Program-made: the position numbers and the translations under genes
DNA from: an uncultured Bacilli bacterium
GTDB taxonomy: Bacteria; Bacillota_I; Bacilli_A; RF39; UBA660
NCBI GenBank assembly: GCA_944363865.1
Contig: CALVVN010000012.1
Coordinates: 1 to 33,246, forward strand
Direction: 5' to 3'
Length of the DNA stretch: 33,246 nt
Part shown: positions 9,158 through 18,535 of the stretch, one piece after another
How positions within the stretch are numbered: the stretch's first letter is position 1
Layout of the letters: each line of letters starts with the position of its first letter
The notes under the pieces: generated by a model
What the model saw: only the letters and a program-made list of their open reading frames with translations
Database searches by the model: none
What the model was told of the DNA's origin: nothing

Positions 9158-9868
9158 ATGAACGAATATAAAATACCTAATCACGTAGGCATTATAATGG
9201 ATGGTAATGGTCGTTGGGCGACTAAAAGAGGTTTAAAAAGAAGTGCAGGTCATAGTGCTGGATATAAAACTTTAAAAAAACTAGCAGTTCACATATTAAA
9301 TAAAGGAGTAAAATATCTCTCAGTTTATGCATTTTCAACTGAAAACTTTAAAAGAGACACGGAAGAAGTTAATTATTTAATGAACTTATTTGTAAGTAAG
9401 TTTAAAGAAGAAAAAGACTTTTTTATGAAAAAGAATATAAAGGTTGTTTTTTCGGGATTAAAAGAACCACTTAGAAGTGATGTATGGGAAAGTATGCAAG
9501 AAATAAGTAAAATGACTAAAGATAACACTGGTGGAACATTTAATATTTTATTAAATTACGGAGGACAAAGCGAAATAGTTGAAGCAGCAAAAAAAATAGT
9601 GAAAGATGTTATAGACAAAAAATTAAATATAAACGAATTAAACACTGAGAACTTTAATAAATACTTATTTCAAGACCTACCCCCAATAGATTTTATGATT
9701 AGAACTAGTGGAGAAGTAAGAATTAGTAATTTTATGCTTTATCAAGTTGCTTATGCTGAAATGTATTTTCCAAAAGTATATTTTCCAGATTTTAATGAAA
9801 AAGAATTTGATATTGCATTAGATGTATATAACAAAAGAGATAGAAGATTTGGTGCAATAAAAAAATAG
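9158..9868 (+). CDS. uppS: isoprenyl transferase (undecaprenyl diphosphate synthase)
   Basis: HVGIIMDGNGRWA, SVYAFSTENFKR, IRTSGEVRISNFMLYQVAYAEMYF. Confidence 0.9.
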   Translation: MNEYKIPNHVGIIMDGNGRWATKRGLKRSAGHSAGYKTLKKLAVHILNKGVKYLSVYAFSTENFKRDTEEVNYLMNLFVSKFKEEKDFFMKKNIKVVFSGLKEPLRSDVWESMQEISKMTKDNTGGTFNILLNYGGQSEIVEAAKKIVKDVIDKKLNINELNTENFNKYLFQDLPPIDFMIRTSGEVRISNFMLYQVAYAEMYFPKVYFPDFNEKEFDIALDVYNKRDRRFGAIKK

Positions 9869-9889
9869 TATATTATTCATACTATTTTT
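9861..9889. terminator. bidirectional hairpin between uppS and a convergent small ORF
   Basis: Perfect 11-bp inverted repeat: AAAAATAGTAT (9861-9871) and ATACTATTTTT (9879-9889), with a 7-nt loop. The A-run and T-run allow termination in both directions. It overlaps the uppS stop. Confidence 0.5.
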
Positions 9890-9899
9890 ATTATATAAA

Positions 9900-10007
9900 C
9901 TAAATAAAGAACAACATAATTATACTAGAAAGCATACCTAATGTTAAAAGAAGTACAAAACTCCATGCAAGTATTCTTAATAAAGTCTTTTTTGTCTTTT
10001 TTTTCAT
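9900..10007 (-). CDS. 35-aa single-pass membrane microprotein (below the ORF-track cutoff)
   Basis: Hand translation gives MKKKTKKTLLRILAWSFVLLLTLGMLSSIIMLFFI*. GGTGAT lies 3-4 nt upstream of ATG 10007. The stop is 10 nt from the bidirectional hairpin. Confidence 0.4.
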   Translation of the reverse strand: MKKKTKKTLLRILAWSFVLLLTLGMLSSIIMLFFI

Positions 10008-10070
10008 AAAATCACCAATATAATTATAATATATTTTGCATAGATTTTAAATACTTAAATATAATTAAGT

Positions 10071-10658
10071 ATGAAAAAAATAATAAATAAAAAATTCAAT
10101 TTACCAGTAACAATAATTTTTTTAATAGGAGTAATATTTGGAATACTATTTTTATTTTTTATAAGTGAAGTGGACAAACTAATAATAAAGACAGAAATAG
10201 AAGAGTACTTATCATTAATAAGTAGTTCAAAAAATTCAGTATCATCAATAATTACTAGTTTTAAAAACAATATATTTTATCTAACATTAATATGGGCCTC
10301 ATCAATCACTATCGTATTTACACCACTAGTATTTTTCATAATATTTTATAAAGGATTTCTTATAGGATTTTTAATAAGCAGTTTTATAATGATATTTGGA
10401 GTTAAAGGATTCATATATAGTGGACTATTCATATTTCCACATGAAATAATAAATACAATTTGTTTAATAGTATTTGCCATAATAATGTTATCTGTTAGTT
10501 TTAAAATAATGAAATCAGTATATAATAACGATAATATTAATTTAAGAATATTTTGCAAAAAAGTATTAATAATATACATTATATTTGTAATAATTGAACT
10601 AATTAGTAGTATTTTAGAGATATATTTAAATCATTTTATATTAGGCATTTTTTTCTAA
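10071..10658 (+). CDS. spoIIM: stage II sporulation protein M-like membrane protein (SpoIIM/DUF95 family)
   Basis: About 195 aa with 5-6 TM spans and a FPHEIIN motif like the PHGIxE of SpoIIM. It sits near xerD/deoB, as in Bacillus. No SD before the ATG. Confidence 0.6.
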   Translation: MKKIINKKFNLPVTIIFLIGVIFGILFLFFISEVDKLIIKTEIEEYLSLISSSKNSVSSIITSFKNNIFYLTLIWASSITIVFTPLVFFIIFYKGFLIGFLISSFIMIFGVKGFIYSGLFIFPHEIINTICLIVFAIIMLSVSFKIMKSVYNNDNINLRIFCKKVLIIYIIFVIIELISSILEIYLNHFILGIFF

Positions 10659-10687
10659 ATATGGTATACTTTTTTTGGGTGGTTAAA

Positions 10688-11779
10688 GTGAAAGTTGTTG
10701 TTGGAATTAGTGGTGGAGTAGACAGCGCCGTTGCAGCTTATTTGCTTTTAAAAGAAGGGTACGATGTAGTAGGCTTATTTATGAAAAACTGGGATAGTAA
10801 TATTAATAATGATCCCGAAGGAATTACCGAGGACATTTGCCCTCAAGAACAAGATTACATTGATGCAAAAGAAGCGTGTGATATTTTAGGAATACCTTTA
10901 TATAGAGTAGATTTCATTAAGGAATATTGGGATAACGTATTTTCATATTTTTTAAAAGAGCTTGAAAAAGGTAGAACTCCTAATCCAGACATCATGTGTA
11001 ACAAATATATTAAATTTGATTTATTTTTAAAAGAAGCAAAAAAATTAGGTGCTGACAAGATAGCAACCGGTCATTACGCACGAAAAGAAGGAAATAAATT
11101 ATTAAGAGGTATAGATTTAAATAAAGACCAAACTTACTTTTTATCACAGGTAAAAGTTGATAACTTTAAAGACGTATTATTTCCAATCGGAGACTTAACT
11201 AAAGCACAAGTTCGTGAAATAGCTAAAAAAATCGGATTAAATGTTGCTGAGAAAAAAGATAGTACAGGAATATGCTTTATTGGAGAAAGGCATTATCAAC
11301 AATTTGTACAAAATTATTTAAAAGGAAGAGAAGGGGACATTATAGATATAAGAACTAATGAAGTTATTGGAAAACATCAAGGGCTAATGAACTATACTAT
11401 CGGTCAAAGAAGAAATGTTGGTTTAAGTGGCGATAAACAAAGACATTATGTTTGTGGCAAAAATGTAAAAGATAATATTTTATACGTTGCCTTTGGAGAA
11501 GATAGCGAATACCTAATAAGTGATGAAGCCGTAATAGAGGATATGAATTATATAAGTAGTAATAAACCTACATTTGCAACATGTAAGTTTAGATATAGGG
11601 GAGAAGATGTTCCAATAAGAATTGAGTATATTAGTGATAAAGAAATAATAGTAAAATATGACTCAGCAAAATCAGTTACACCTGGACAAGCATGTGTTAT
11701 ATATCTTGGAAATGAATGTATAGGTGGAGGAATAATAAAAGAAGTTAGAAAACAAGGAAAAAAACTTTGGTATTTATAA
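10688..11779 (+). CDS. mnmA: tRNA 2-thiouridine(34) synthase
   Basis: KVVVGISGGVDSAVAAYLL (PP-loop), FMKNWD, TPNPDIMCNKYIKF, ATGHYAR, KDQTYFL, DSTGICFIGE. GTG 10688 follows a GGGTGG SD. The track ATG at 10661 has no SD. Confidence 0.9.
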   Translation: MKVVVGISGGVDSAVAAYLLLKEGYDVVGLFMKNWDSNINNDPEGITEDICPQEQDYIDAKEACDILGIPLYRVDFIKEYWDNVFSYFLKELEKGRTPNPDIMCNKYIKFDLFLKEAKKLGADKIATGHYARKEGNKLLRGIDLNKDQTYFLSQVKVDNFKDVLFPIGDLTKAQVREIAKKIGLNVAEKKDSTGICFIGERHYQQFVQNYLKGREGDIIDIRTNEVIGKHQGLMNYTIGQRRNVGLSGDKQRHYVCGKNVKDNILYVAFGEDSEYLISDEAVIEDMNYISSNKPTFATCKFRYRGEDVPIRIEYISDKEIIVKYDSAKSVTPGQACVIYLGNECIGGGIIKEVRKQGKKLWYL

Positions 11780-11787
11780 AAATGTAA

Positions 11788-11824
11788 ATTGACACTTGAC
11801 ATGTAATTGTCAAGTGTTTTATAA
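11788..11824 (+). promoter_or_regulatory. promoter TTGACA-18-TATAAT overlapped by a 9-bp inverted repeat; candidate operator and also the mnmA terminator hairpin
   Basis: TTGACA at 11795-11800 and TATAAT at 11819-11824. CACTTGACA (11792-11800) and TGTCAAGTG (11807-11815) are separated by 6 nt and followed by TTTTAT. Confidence 0.55.
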
Positions 11825-11851
11825 TGTAAATAGTAAAGAGGTTAGAGATAA

Positions 11852-12637
11852 ATGAAAAAATTAAATGATTTATTACAAGAAGCCGGAATTTCTAAAGTGA
11901 AATTAGCTAAATATTTAGGAGTTTCAAGACAAATGGTCTATAATTATTTAGAATTAAATACTATTGAAAGCTGGCCAAGTGAAAAAAGAATATTGATTTG
12001 TAAATTATTAGGAATAAGCGAAGAAAAACCTGATGAAGCTTTAGAAAAGCTAAAAGTTACAGCTGAATTTATAGAAGATATAGAAACTAGATTAGATGCT
12101 GCTAATAGAAATAACGATAACAATGAAATATACTTCAATATGAATAATCTTACAAAAGAAGAACACACTTTAATAAATGATTTAGTATTTTTAATTAAAG
12201 AAAAGTTTAGTGACGAAAAAAACAAAGACACTTATTATGAATTTCTATACTTATATCATATATTACAGTCTGTTGATAACATTCCAGAAATAAAATATAT
12301 TTTTGCATATTTAAGCAAAACATTAGGTTTCACTGATCCTAATGAATATAAATTCGATGAAAATGCTCAGTTTATATTAGAAAGCATTATATTTACTGCT
12401 ATGAATCTATATAATAATGGGGGAGCAACAAAAAGTAAGTTAATTGCTTCACATGAAAGGTTTGTACAAGAAATTGAAAGCAAAAAAGAAGAAACTTTAA
12501 GTAGAACACAACAAATCAATAGCATAAAATTACAAGCATTAAGAGAACTTGGATATACAGCATTAACTAGTGATAATGCACAAGAAGTTTTAAACAAAAT
12601 AGCTGAAATAGAAACAAGAAAAGTGGTTAATAAATAA
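11852..12637 (+). CDS. XRE-family helix-turn-helix protein with a long uncharacterised C-terminal region
   Basis: LLQEAGISKVKLAKYLGVSRQMVYNYLE is a typical HTH_XRE. AGAGG SD upstream. Confidence 0.7.
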   Translation: MKKLNDLLQEAGISKVKLAKYLGVSRQMVYNYLELNTIESWPSEKRILICKLLGISEEKPDEALEKLKVTAEFIEDIETRLDAANRNNDNNEIYFNMNNLTKEEHTLINDLVFLIKEKFSDEKNKDTYYEFLYLYHILQSVDNIPEIKYIFAYLSKTLGFTDPNEYKFDENAQFILESIIFTAMNLYNNGGATKSKLIASHERFVQEIESKKEETLSRTQQINSIKLQALRELGYTALTSDNAQEVLNKIAEIETRKVVNK

Positions 12638-12648
12638 GCCACTTTTTT
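12619..12648. terminator. candidate bidirectional terminator between the HTH gene and zupT
   Basis: AAAAGTGG (12619-12626) pairs with CCACTTTT (12639-12646), followed by TT. The loop contains the HTH gene stop codon. Confidence 0.4.
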
Positions 12649-12692
12649 CTCAATTTATATGTTCCGATAATATATATTATGTTAAGTTATAT

Positions 12693-13442
12693 TTAAAATA
12701 CAAAATGATTAATTGCTACTAGTACTACCCCTGCTATTAAACCTAAGTTAATTTGTGTTTTATAGTTATACTTTATTGCTTCGGGATAAAGTTCATTTAT
12801 AGAAATTGTTATCATAATTCCTGCAACTATTATTAAAACACAACTTATTGTTAGCATGTTTATATAGCTTTTCAAAAACATATATGCTACTATAGCGCCA
12901 AATGGTTCAGCTAAAGCTGATATAAAAGTATAAAGTATCCCCCTCCCCTTTTTACCAGTTGAATAGTAGAGTGGAACAGCTATACTTATTCCTTCTGGTA
13001 TATTGTGCATCATAATAGCCAAACTGAGACTAATTCCTATATTCAAATCACTGTATGACGTCATAAATGTAGCAATTCCTTCGGGAAAATTGTGTAACAT
13101 TAAAGCAAACATATTCAAAATACCCAATTTAAATAAATTAGAATTATTACTTTTTTTAACTTTTATATTTTTATCTAACACATAAACTAAAACCCCACCT
13201 ACTACAAATAAAATACAAGTTATTGTGATACTTTTAAGCAAATCATAATGATTATTTAACTCAATAAAAGAAGCAGGAATTAGGTCTAAAATAGATAAAG
13301 AAATCATTACACTTAATGAAAAACTTAAACAAAAAGAGATAAACTTTTCCTTATTTTTAATCTTAAAGAAGACTATACATCCACCTATCACAGTAGATAG
13401 TCCTGCTATAGTTGTAATAATTAATGCAATAAACTCTTTCAT
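12693..13442 (-). CDS. zupT: ZIP-family zinc transporter
   Basis: HNFPEGIATF and HNIPEGISIAVP motifs with 8 TM spans. Confidence 0.85.
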   Translation of the reverse strand: MKEFIALIITTIAGLSTVIGGCIVFFKIKNKEKFISFCLSFSLSVMISLSILDLIPASFIELNNHYDLLKSITITCILFVVGGVLVYVLDKNIKVKKSNNSNLFKLGILNMFALMLHNFPEGIATFMTSYSDLNIGISLSLAIMMHNIPEGISIAVPLYYSTGKKGRGILYTFISALAEPFGAIVAYMFLKSYINMLTISCVLIIVAGIMITISINELYPEAIKYNYKTQINLGLIAGVVLVAINHFVF

Positions 13443-13478
13443 ATTAAATATTATTATAATAATAAAAAGAAAATGCTA

Positions 13479-16073
13479 TTAATCGTCTTTAAACTTTTTT
13501 ACTAAAAACGGTTTAATTAACTCTATTGCAATAAAAGAGATAATATTAATGCCAATTACGTATAAAAACTGAGTAAAGTTTATTATAACCAGGCCGAACA
13601 ACTTACCTACTGGTGTAAAAAACACTAAAACTTGTACAATTAATAAAGCAAATATACCAATATTTAAATACTTATTAGTAAATATCCCCCTTTTATGAAC
13701 TTGTTCTTTTAAACTTCTACAGTTATAAGCAAATATAAACTCATTTACAACAACGCTTAGTAAAGCTAAAGTCTGCGCAATATCTTTACCGTAATCACTA
13801 AAATGATAATAAACTATTAAACTAATACCTGCTTCCAAGATAACAGAAACAATTAAAAACGCAGTAAAAAATCTAGTAAATATTTTCTTATCTAAACCAT
13901 TAGGTTTTCTGTTCATGATATCTTTGGACGCACCTTCAAATGCGAGTGTAATAGAAGGAATAGTGTCAGCAATAAGATCAATATATAAAACATGAATTGC
14001 AGTGATGATAGTATTACCTGTAAGCATTCCAAAAAGTATGATAACTATTTCAGTGAAGTTACTTGATAAATTATATAAAATATTTGTAATAACATTATCG
14101 TATATTCTTCTACCTTCACTAACTGCAGTAGTTATAGTATTATAACTATCATCTAATAAAATTATATCAGAGACGTCTTTAGTTACATCCGTTCCTGTTT
14201 TTCCCATTCCAATTCCGACATTGGCAAGTTTAATAGCAGGAGCATCATTCACTCCATCCCCTGTCATTGCAACTACTTTTCCCTCACTTTGAATAGCTTT
14301 TACTATTTTAAGTTTATGGCTAGGACTAACTCTTGCAAACACAGAATACTTTTTTACATATTCTAATATTTCTTTATCAGATAAATTATCTAATTGTGAA
14401 GCATTAATGCACTCATCTTCCCTACTACAAATACCAACTTCTTTAGCAATACTAGTAGCAGTTTCTAGATTATCACCAGTTAACATAATCGGGCGAATAT
14501 TAGCATTTTTACAAGTAGTAATAGCTTCTTTAATGTTAGGTCTAACAGGATCTTTTAACCCTACTAAACCGACAAATATTAAATCATCTTCTTCTGCTTG
14601 ATATTCTTTAATATCTTTTAACTCTTTATATGCAAATGCTAAAACCTTTAAAGATTCTTTAGCCATATTATCATGTATTTCAGTATAACTTTTTTTAATA
14701 TCACTTGTAAGTTTTTTAACTTTACCTTCAATTAAAACCCTATTACACTTTAAAATAACAGATTCAAAACTTCCCTTTGTAAAAATATATTTTTTTGAAT
14801 CTAAATCACAAAAAACACTCATCATTTTTCTATCTGAATCAAAAGGGAGTTCGTACAATTTCTCATAGTCATTAATACTTAATTTTCTATTTTTTAAATA
14901 GCATCTAATAGCAACGTCTACTGAATCTCCAACATATTCGTTTTTATCATTAAGTATTGCCGTATTGCAAACACTCATATTTTGAATAAGTTTTTCATAA
15001 TTACTAAGATTATCTTTAATTTCCAAACCATCAGCCCAAAGTTCAATAACTTCCATTTTATTTTCAGTTATAGTACCAGTTTTATCAGTACATATGACAT
15101 TAGTCGCACCTAACGTTTCAATAGCTGCTAAGTTTCTAACAATAGATTTTTTCTTAGCCATCTGACTAACACCAATAGATAAAGTTGCAGTTATCGCAAT
15201 TGGAAGACATTCTGGAACACTTGCTACAATCATAGAAATACAAAGCATAACGACATTTAACACAGTATAATCATTAATTAGCCCATAAACAAGTACAAAA
15301 GTTACTAATATACTGGCGATTATAGTAATAAACTTACTAATTTTCTCAACTTTAACTTGTAAAGGAGTCAAAGGTTCTTCATCAGTGTCAATGACTTTTG
15401 CTATTTTACCTAATTCAGTATTCATGCCTATTGATGTAACTACAGCAGTTAACTTACCAGAAACAAGTATAGTTCCACTATAAATCATATTTTTTCTATC
15501 AGATATTGCAACCTTTTTAGAAATATCACAAACCATTTTATCAATGTTTTGACTTTCACCAGTCAAGATAGATTCATCACTTTTAGCATTAAAACTTTCA
15601 ATTATTCTCGCATCTGCCGGGATTTTATCGCCTGCTTCAAGAACGATAATATCTCCTACTACTAGATTTTTAGAGTCAATTCTTTTAAACTTATTACTCC
15701 TTTTTACTGTCACATAATTAGTAGTATATTTTTTTAATTTACTAATAGCATCTTCTGCTTTAGATTCTTGTAAAAATCCCATAAAACAATTTATTAGAGA
15801 AGTCCCTAAAATAACTATCGGTTCTAAAAAATCACTTTTATTAATAATTGCATATATCAAAGACATTACGCCAACTACTAATAATAAAATAATCATAATG
15901 TTTTTAAATTGTTTTAAAAAAAGTTCAATTTTACTCTTTTTATTACTCTCTATTAAAGTATTTTTACCATATAATTTTTGTAATTTTTTTACTTCTTGTT
16001 GACTTAAACCACGATTAGAAGTACTAAACTCTTTAAATATTTCATCAATGCTTTTTTGATATGTTTCTTTCAT
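13479..16073 (-). CDS. cation-transporting P-type ATPase, Ca2+ (type II) subfamily
   Basis: LTGESQ, CTDKTGTITENKM, MLTGDNLETA, MTGDGVNDAPAIK, with N-terminal cation-ATPase-N-like GLSQQEVKKLQKLYGKN. Confidence 0.9.
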   Translation of the reverse strand: MKETYQKSIDEIFKEFSTSNRGLSQQEVKKLQKLYGKNTLIESNKKSKIELFLKQFKNIMIILLLVVGVMSLIYAIINKSDFLEPIVILGTSLINCFMGFLQESKAEDAISKLKKYTTNYVTVKRSNKFKRIDSKNLVVGDIIVLEAGDKIPADARIIESFNAKSDESILTGESQNIDKMVCDISKKVAISDRKNMIYSGTILVSGKLTAVVTSIGMNTELGKIAKVIDTDEEPLTPLQVKVEKISKFITIIASILVTFVLVYGLINDYTVLNVVMLCISMIVASVPECLPIAITATLSIGVSQMAKKKSIVRNLAAIETLGATNVICTDKTGTITENKMEVIELWADGLEIKDNLSNYEKLIQNMSVCNTAILNDKNEYVGDSVDVAIRCYLKNRKLSINDYEKLYELPFDSDRKMMSVFCDLDSKKYIFTKGSFESVILKCNRVLIEGKVKKLTSDIKKSYTEIHDNMAKESLKVLAFAYKELKDIKEYQAEEDDLIFVGLVGLKDPVRPNIKEAITTCKNANIRPIMLTGDNLETATSIAKEVGICSREDECINASQLDNLSDKEILEYVKKYSVFARVSPSHKLKIVKAIQSEGKVVAMTGDGVNDAPAIKLANVGIGMGKTGTDVTKDVSDIILLDDSYNTITTAVSEGRRIYDNVITNILYNLSSNFTEIVIILFGMLTGNTIITAIHVLYIDLIADTIPSITLAFEGASKDIMNRKPNGLDKKIFTRFFTAFLIVSVILEAGISLIVYYHFSDYGKDIAQTLALLSVVVNEFIFAYNCRSLKEQVHKRGIFTNKYLNIGIFALLIVQVLVFFTPVGKLFGLVIINFTQFLYVIGINIISFIAIELIKPFLVKKFKDD

Positions 16074-16216
16074 ATATATACCTTCCTATAATTATTATTA
16101 TACTATAAAATAAAAGTATTAACAAACAATAATCCAAATATTGCCATAGATAATCAAAAAAACTGAGTATTATTACCCTCATTATGAAAATAATAATAAC
16201 AGGTGGTGATTATATA

Positions 16217-16366
16217 ATGGCTAAAAGCAGAAATACAAGTAGAAACAGTTCTAGAAATTCTAGTAGAAATACAAGCAGAAACAGTGCTAGAAACACTAGT
16301 AGAAATAGTGCTAGAAATACAAGTAGAAACAGTTCTAGAAATTCTAGTAGAAATACATCTAAATAG
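16217..16366 (+). CDS. 49-aa highly basic protein made of 11 tandem [S/A]-R-N-[S/T] tetrapeptides
   Basis: MAK-(SRNT SRNS SRNS SRNT SRNS ARNT SRNS ARNT SRNS SRNS SRNT)-SK. AGGTGGTGA SD at 16201-16209 lies 7 nt before ATG 16217. A hairpin terminator follows. The track start at 16184 has no SD. Confidence 0.55.
   Translation: MAKSRNTSRNSSRNSSRNTSRNSARNTSRNSARNTSRNSSRNSSRNTSK
16226..16357 (+). repeat. 11 x 12-nt in-frame tandem repeat (NNN AGA AAY NNN)
   Basis: Exact 12-nt periodicity. The 36-nt block at 16238-16273 is repeated identically at 16322-16357. Confidence 0.9.
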
Positions 16367-16373
16367 TCAAAAT

Positions 16374-16408
16374 AAAAGAGACGGTTATTATTTGATAATG
16401 TCTCTTTT
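16374..16408. terminator. bidirectional rho-independent terminator shared by the repeat-protein gene and deoB
   Basis: AAAAGAGAC (16374-16382) pairs with GTCTCTTTT (16400-16408). Flanking A/T runs are present. It abuts the deoB stop at 16409-16411. Confidence 0.6.
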
Positions 16409-17575
16409 TTAATGCAACAATTCAAGAAAACTAGTGCCAGTATTAAGCGTATCGTTAATATCATAGTTATCAATTATAGTCGCACCTATATCAGCTAAAG
16501 TGTTTCTGTTATCCAGTTTACCAGAATCTTTCATTTTAGTACTATAAACAATCAAAGGAACATTTTCTCTAGTATGATCAGTTCCCGAATAGGTAGGATC
16601 ATTACCATGATCAGCAGTAAAAATAACTAAATCAGTAGATTTAAGCCTATTTAAAAATATTGGTAAATAATAATTAAGTTCTTCTAATGCTCTCAAGTAA
16701 CCATCTCTATCTCTTCTATGACCATATAAAGTATCAAAATCATTTAGATTTACAAAACATAATCCTTTAAAGTTACTTTTAGCAACATCAATAAGTTTCA
16801 TTAGCCCATCAATGTTATTAGATGTTTTAATAGATGTAGTTATACTTTTATTTGCAAAAATATCTCCAATTTTACCAATTCCTAGAACTTCAACACCATT
16901 TCTATATAACAAATCCAAATAATTTTCCTTAGGAACAACAGTAAAATCTTTGCGTCTAGGTGTTCTTACAAAATCTCCAACTTTACCAACAAATGGTCTT
17001 GCAATGACCCTACCAATTTTATATTTTTCAGTTAAAACAATTTCGCTTATTTTTTTACAAATATTATATAATTCTTCAACTGGAATAACAGATTCATGCG
17101 CGGCAACCTGTAAAACAGAGTCCGCTGAAGTATAAACAATTATTGCCCCAGTTTTTATATGCATTTCGCCCAATTCTTCTATAATTTTTGTGCCTGAAGC
17201 AACAACATTACCAATTACTTCTCTATTTACAGCACGTTGTATTTCACTAATTAATTCAAGTGGAAAACCATCAGGATATGTTTGAAAAGGTTTTTTTTCA
17301 ATTAACCCCATCATTTCATAATGACCATTTAAAGTATCTTTAGCAAGGTTTTTAGGTTCAATAATAGCCCTATAACCAATTGTCCTTTCTTTATTAACAC
17401 CAACTAAATTCAAAAAACCTAACTTTTCTAAAATATTAAGATTATAGTTTCCTTTTTCAATTATATGTCCAAGCGTATTTGCCCCATCATCACCATACTT
17501 ATGAGCATCTTTAGCAGCACCAACACCCAAACTATCCAAAACCACCAAAAAAACTCTATCATACATAACTATCAC
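16409..17575 (-). CDS. deoB: phosphopentomutase
   Basis: VFLVVLDSLGVGAAKDAHKYGDDGANTLGHI, NLNDFDTLYGHRRD, TADHGNDPT. Confidence 0.9.
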   Translation of the reverse strand: MIVMYDRVFLVVLDSLGVGAAKDAHKYGDDGANTLGHIIEKGNYNLNILEKLGFLNLVGVNKERTIGYRAIIEPKNLAKDTLNGHYEMMGLIEKKPFQTYPDGFPLELISEIQRAVNREVIGNVVASGTKIIEELGEMHIKTGAIIVYTSADSVLQVAAHESVIPVEELYNICKKISEIVLTEKYKIGRVIARPFVGKVGDFVRTPRRKDFTVVPKENYLDLLYRNGVEVLGIGKIGDIFANKSITTSIKTSNNIDGLMKLIDVAKSNFKGLCFVNLNDFDTLYGHRRDRDGYLRALEELNYYLPIFLNRLKSTDLVIFTADHGNDPTYSGTDHTRENVPLIVYSTKMKDSGKLDNRNTLADIGATIIDNYDINDTLNTGTSFLELLH

Positions 17576-18438
17576 TTACCTTTCCTACTTCTGTTATGAA
17601 ATGCAATATAATTATTTTTTAATTCATTATTAACGATATGAGTATAAACATTAGTTGTATTTATATTCTCATGACCTAGCAATAACTGAATACTCCTTAA
17701 ATCAGCTCCACCTAATAATAAATGAGTAGCAAAACTATGGCGAAGTACATGTGGAGTTAAATAAGAATCAATCTTACATTTTAGTTTTAATTCATTCAAT
17801 ATATAATTAAAACCATTTCTAGTCATTTTTTTACCTTGATTATTAGGATACAATTCATCAATCAAATTATTTTTCAAAATATTCTTTCTATATTGTTCTA
17901 TATAAATCTTATTATATTTTAATGCAACAGAACCAACTGGGATAATTCTTTCCTTACTACCCTTACCTAATACTTTCAAAGTACACATTTCAAAATCAAG
18001 ATCATTTACTTTAATATTAACTAGTTCACTTACTCTAATACCTGTTGCATAAATTAATTCAAGCATTGCCTTGTTTCTATAATCTAAAGGTGTAATAAGT
18101 TTAAAATTAAGTAATCTATCTACTTCTTCTTTTGTCAAATATTTAGGTAAACTTTTATTAAGTTTCATTAAGTCTATATCTTTCACAACTTCAAGCATAT
18201 TGTGAAAAGAAAAAAATTGGCGAAGAATAGTAATTTCATGATTAATAGACTTAGGAGAATGACTATTTTTATTAGATAACAATATTTTTTTTAAATCATC
18301 TTTTGTACATTTAATTAGTTCTTTACCAGATGCAAATTCAATTAATTTTAAAGTATAAGTATAACTTGATATAGTATTAACGCTCATCTTTCTCTCAATT
18401 TTTAAATAGTCTAAAAACTCTATAATCCCTTTACTCAT
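17572..18438 (-). CDS. xerD: tyrosine site-specific recombinase XerD/XerC family
   Basis: FLDYLKIERKMSVNTISSY, ATGIRVSELVNIKVNDLD, HVLRHSFATHLLLGGADLRSIQLLLGHENINTTNVYTHI. It overlaps the deoB start by 4 nt. The XerD assignment rests on the Bacillus-like ripX-drm neighbourhood. The start is ATG 18438; the track GTG at 18462 is possible. Confidence 0.75.
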   Translation of the reverse strand: MSKGIIEFLDYLKIERKMSVNTISSYTYTLKLIEFASGKELIKCTKDDLKKILLSNKNSHSPKSINHEITILRQFFSFHNMLEVVKDIDLMKLNKSLPKYLTKEEVDRLLNFKLITPLDYRNKAMLELIYATGIRVSELVNIKVNDLDFEMCTLKVLGKGSKERIIPVGSVALKYNKIYIEQYRKNILKNNLIDELYPNNQGKKMTRNGFNYILNELKLKCKIDSYLTPHVLRHSFATHLLLGGADLRSIQLLLGHENINTTNVYTHIVNNELKNNYIAFHNRSRKGK

Positions 18439-18535
18439 ATCTACCCTACTTAAATATAACACAAATACTTGTTTTTATCAAATTGTTATTCTTTAGTTTA
18501 CGTTTTTATGTTAAAATATTATTGAGGAGTTAATT

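Noticed and set aside
16226-16357. Possibility that the 12-nt tandem array is a CRISPR or a non-coding minisatellite.
   Set aside because: It has no spacers. The period is 12 nt and in frame with an SD-preceded ATG, and the array ends cleanly at a stop and terminator. That is incompatible with CRISPR architecture.
16210-16473. 87-aa minus-strand ORF (FLLEFLELFLLVFLALF...) across the tandem repeat.
   Set aside because: It is the antisense reading of the AGA-AAY repeat and also runs into the deoB 3' end and the terminator. The plus-strand frame has the strong SD and terminator.
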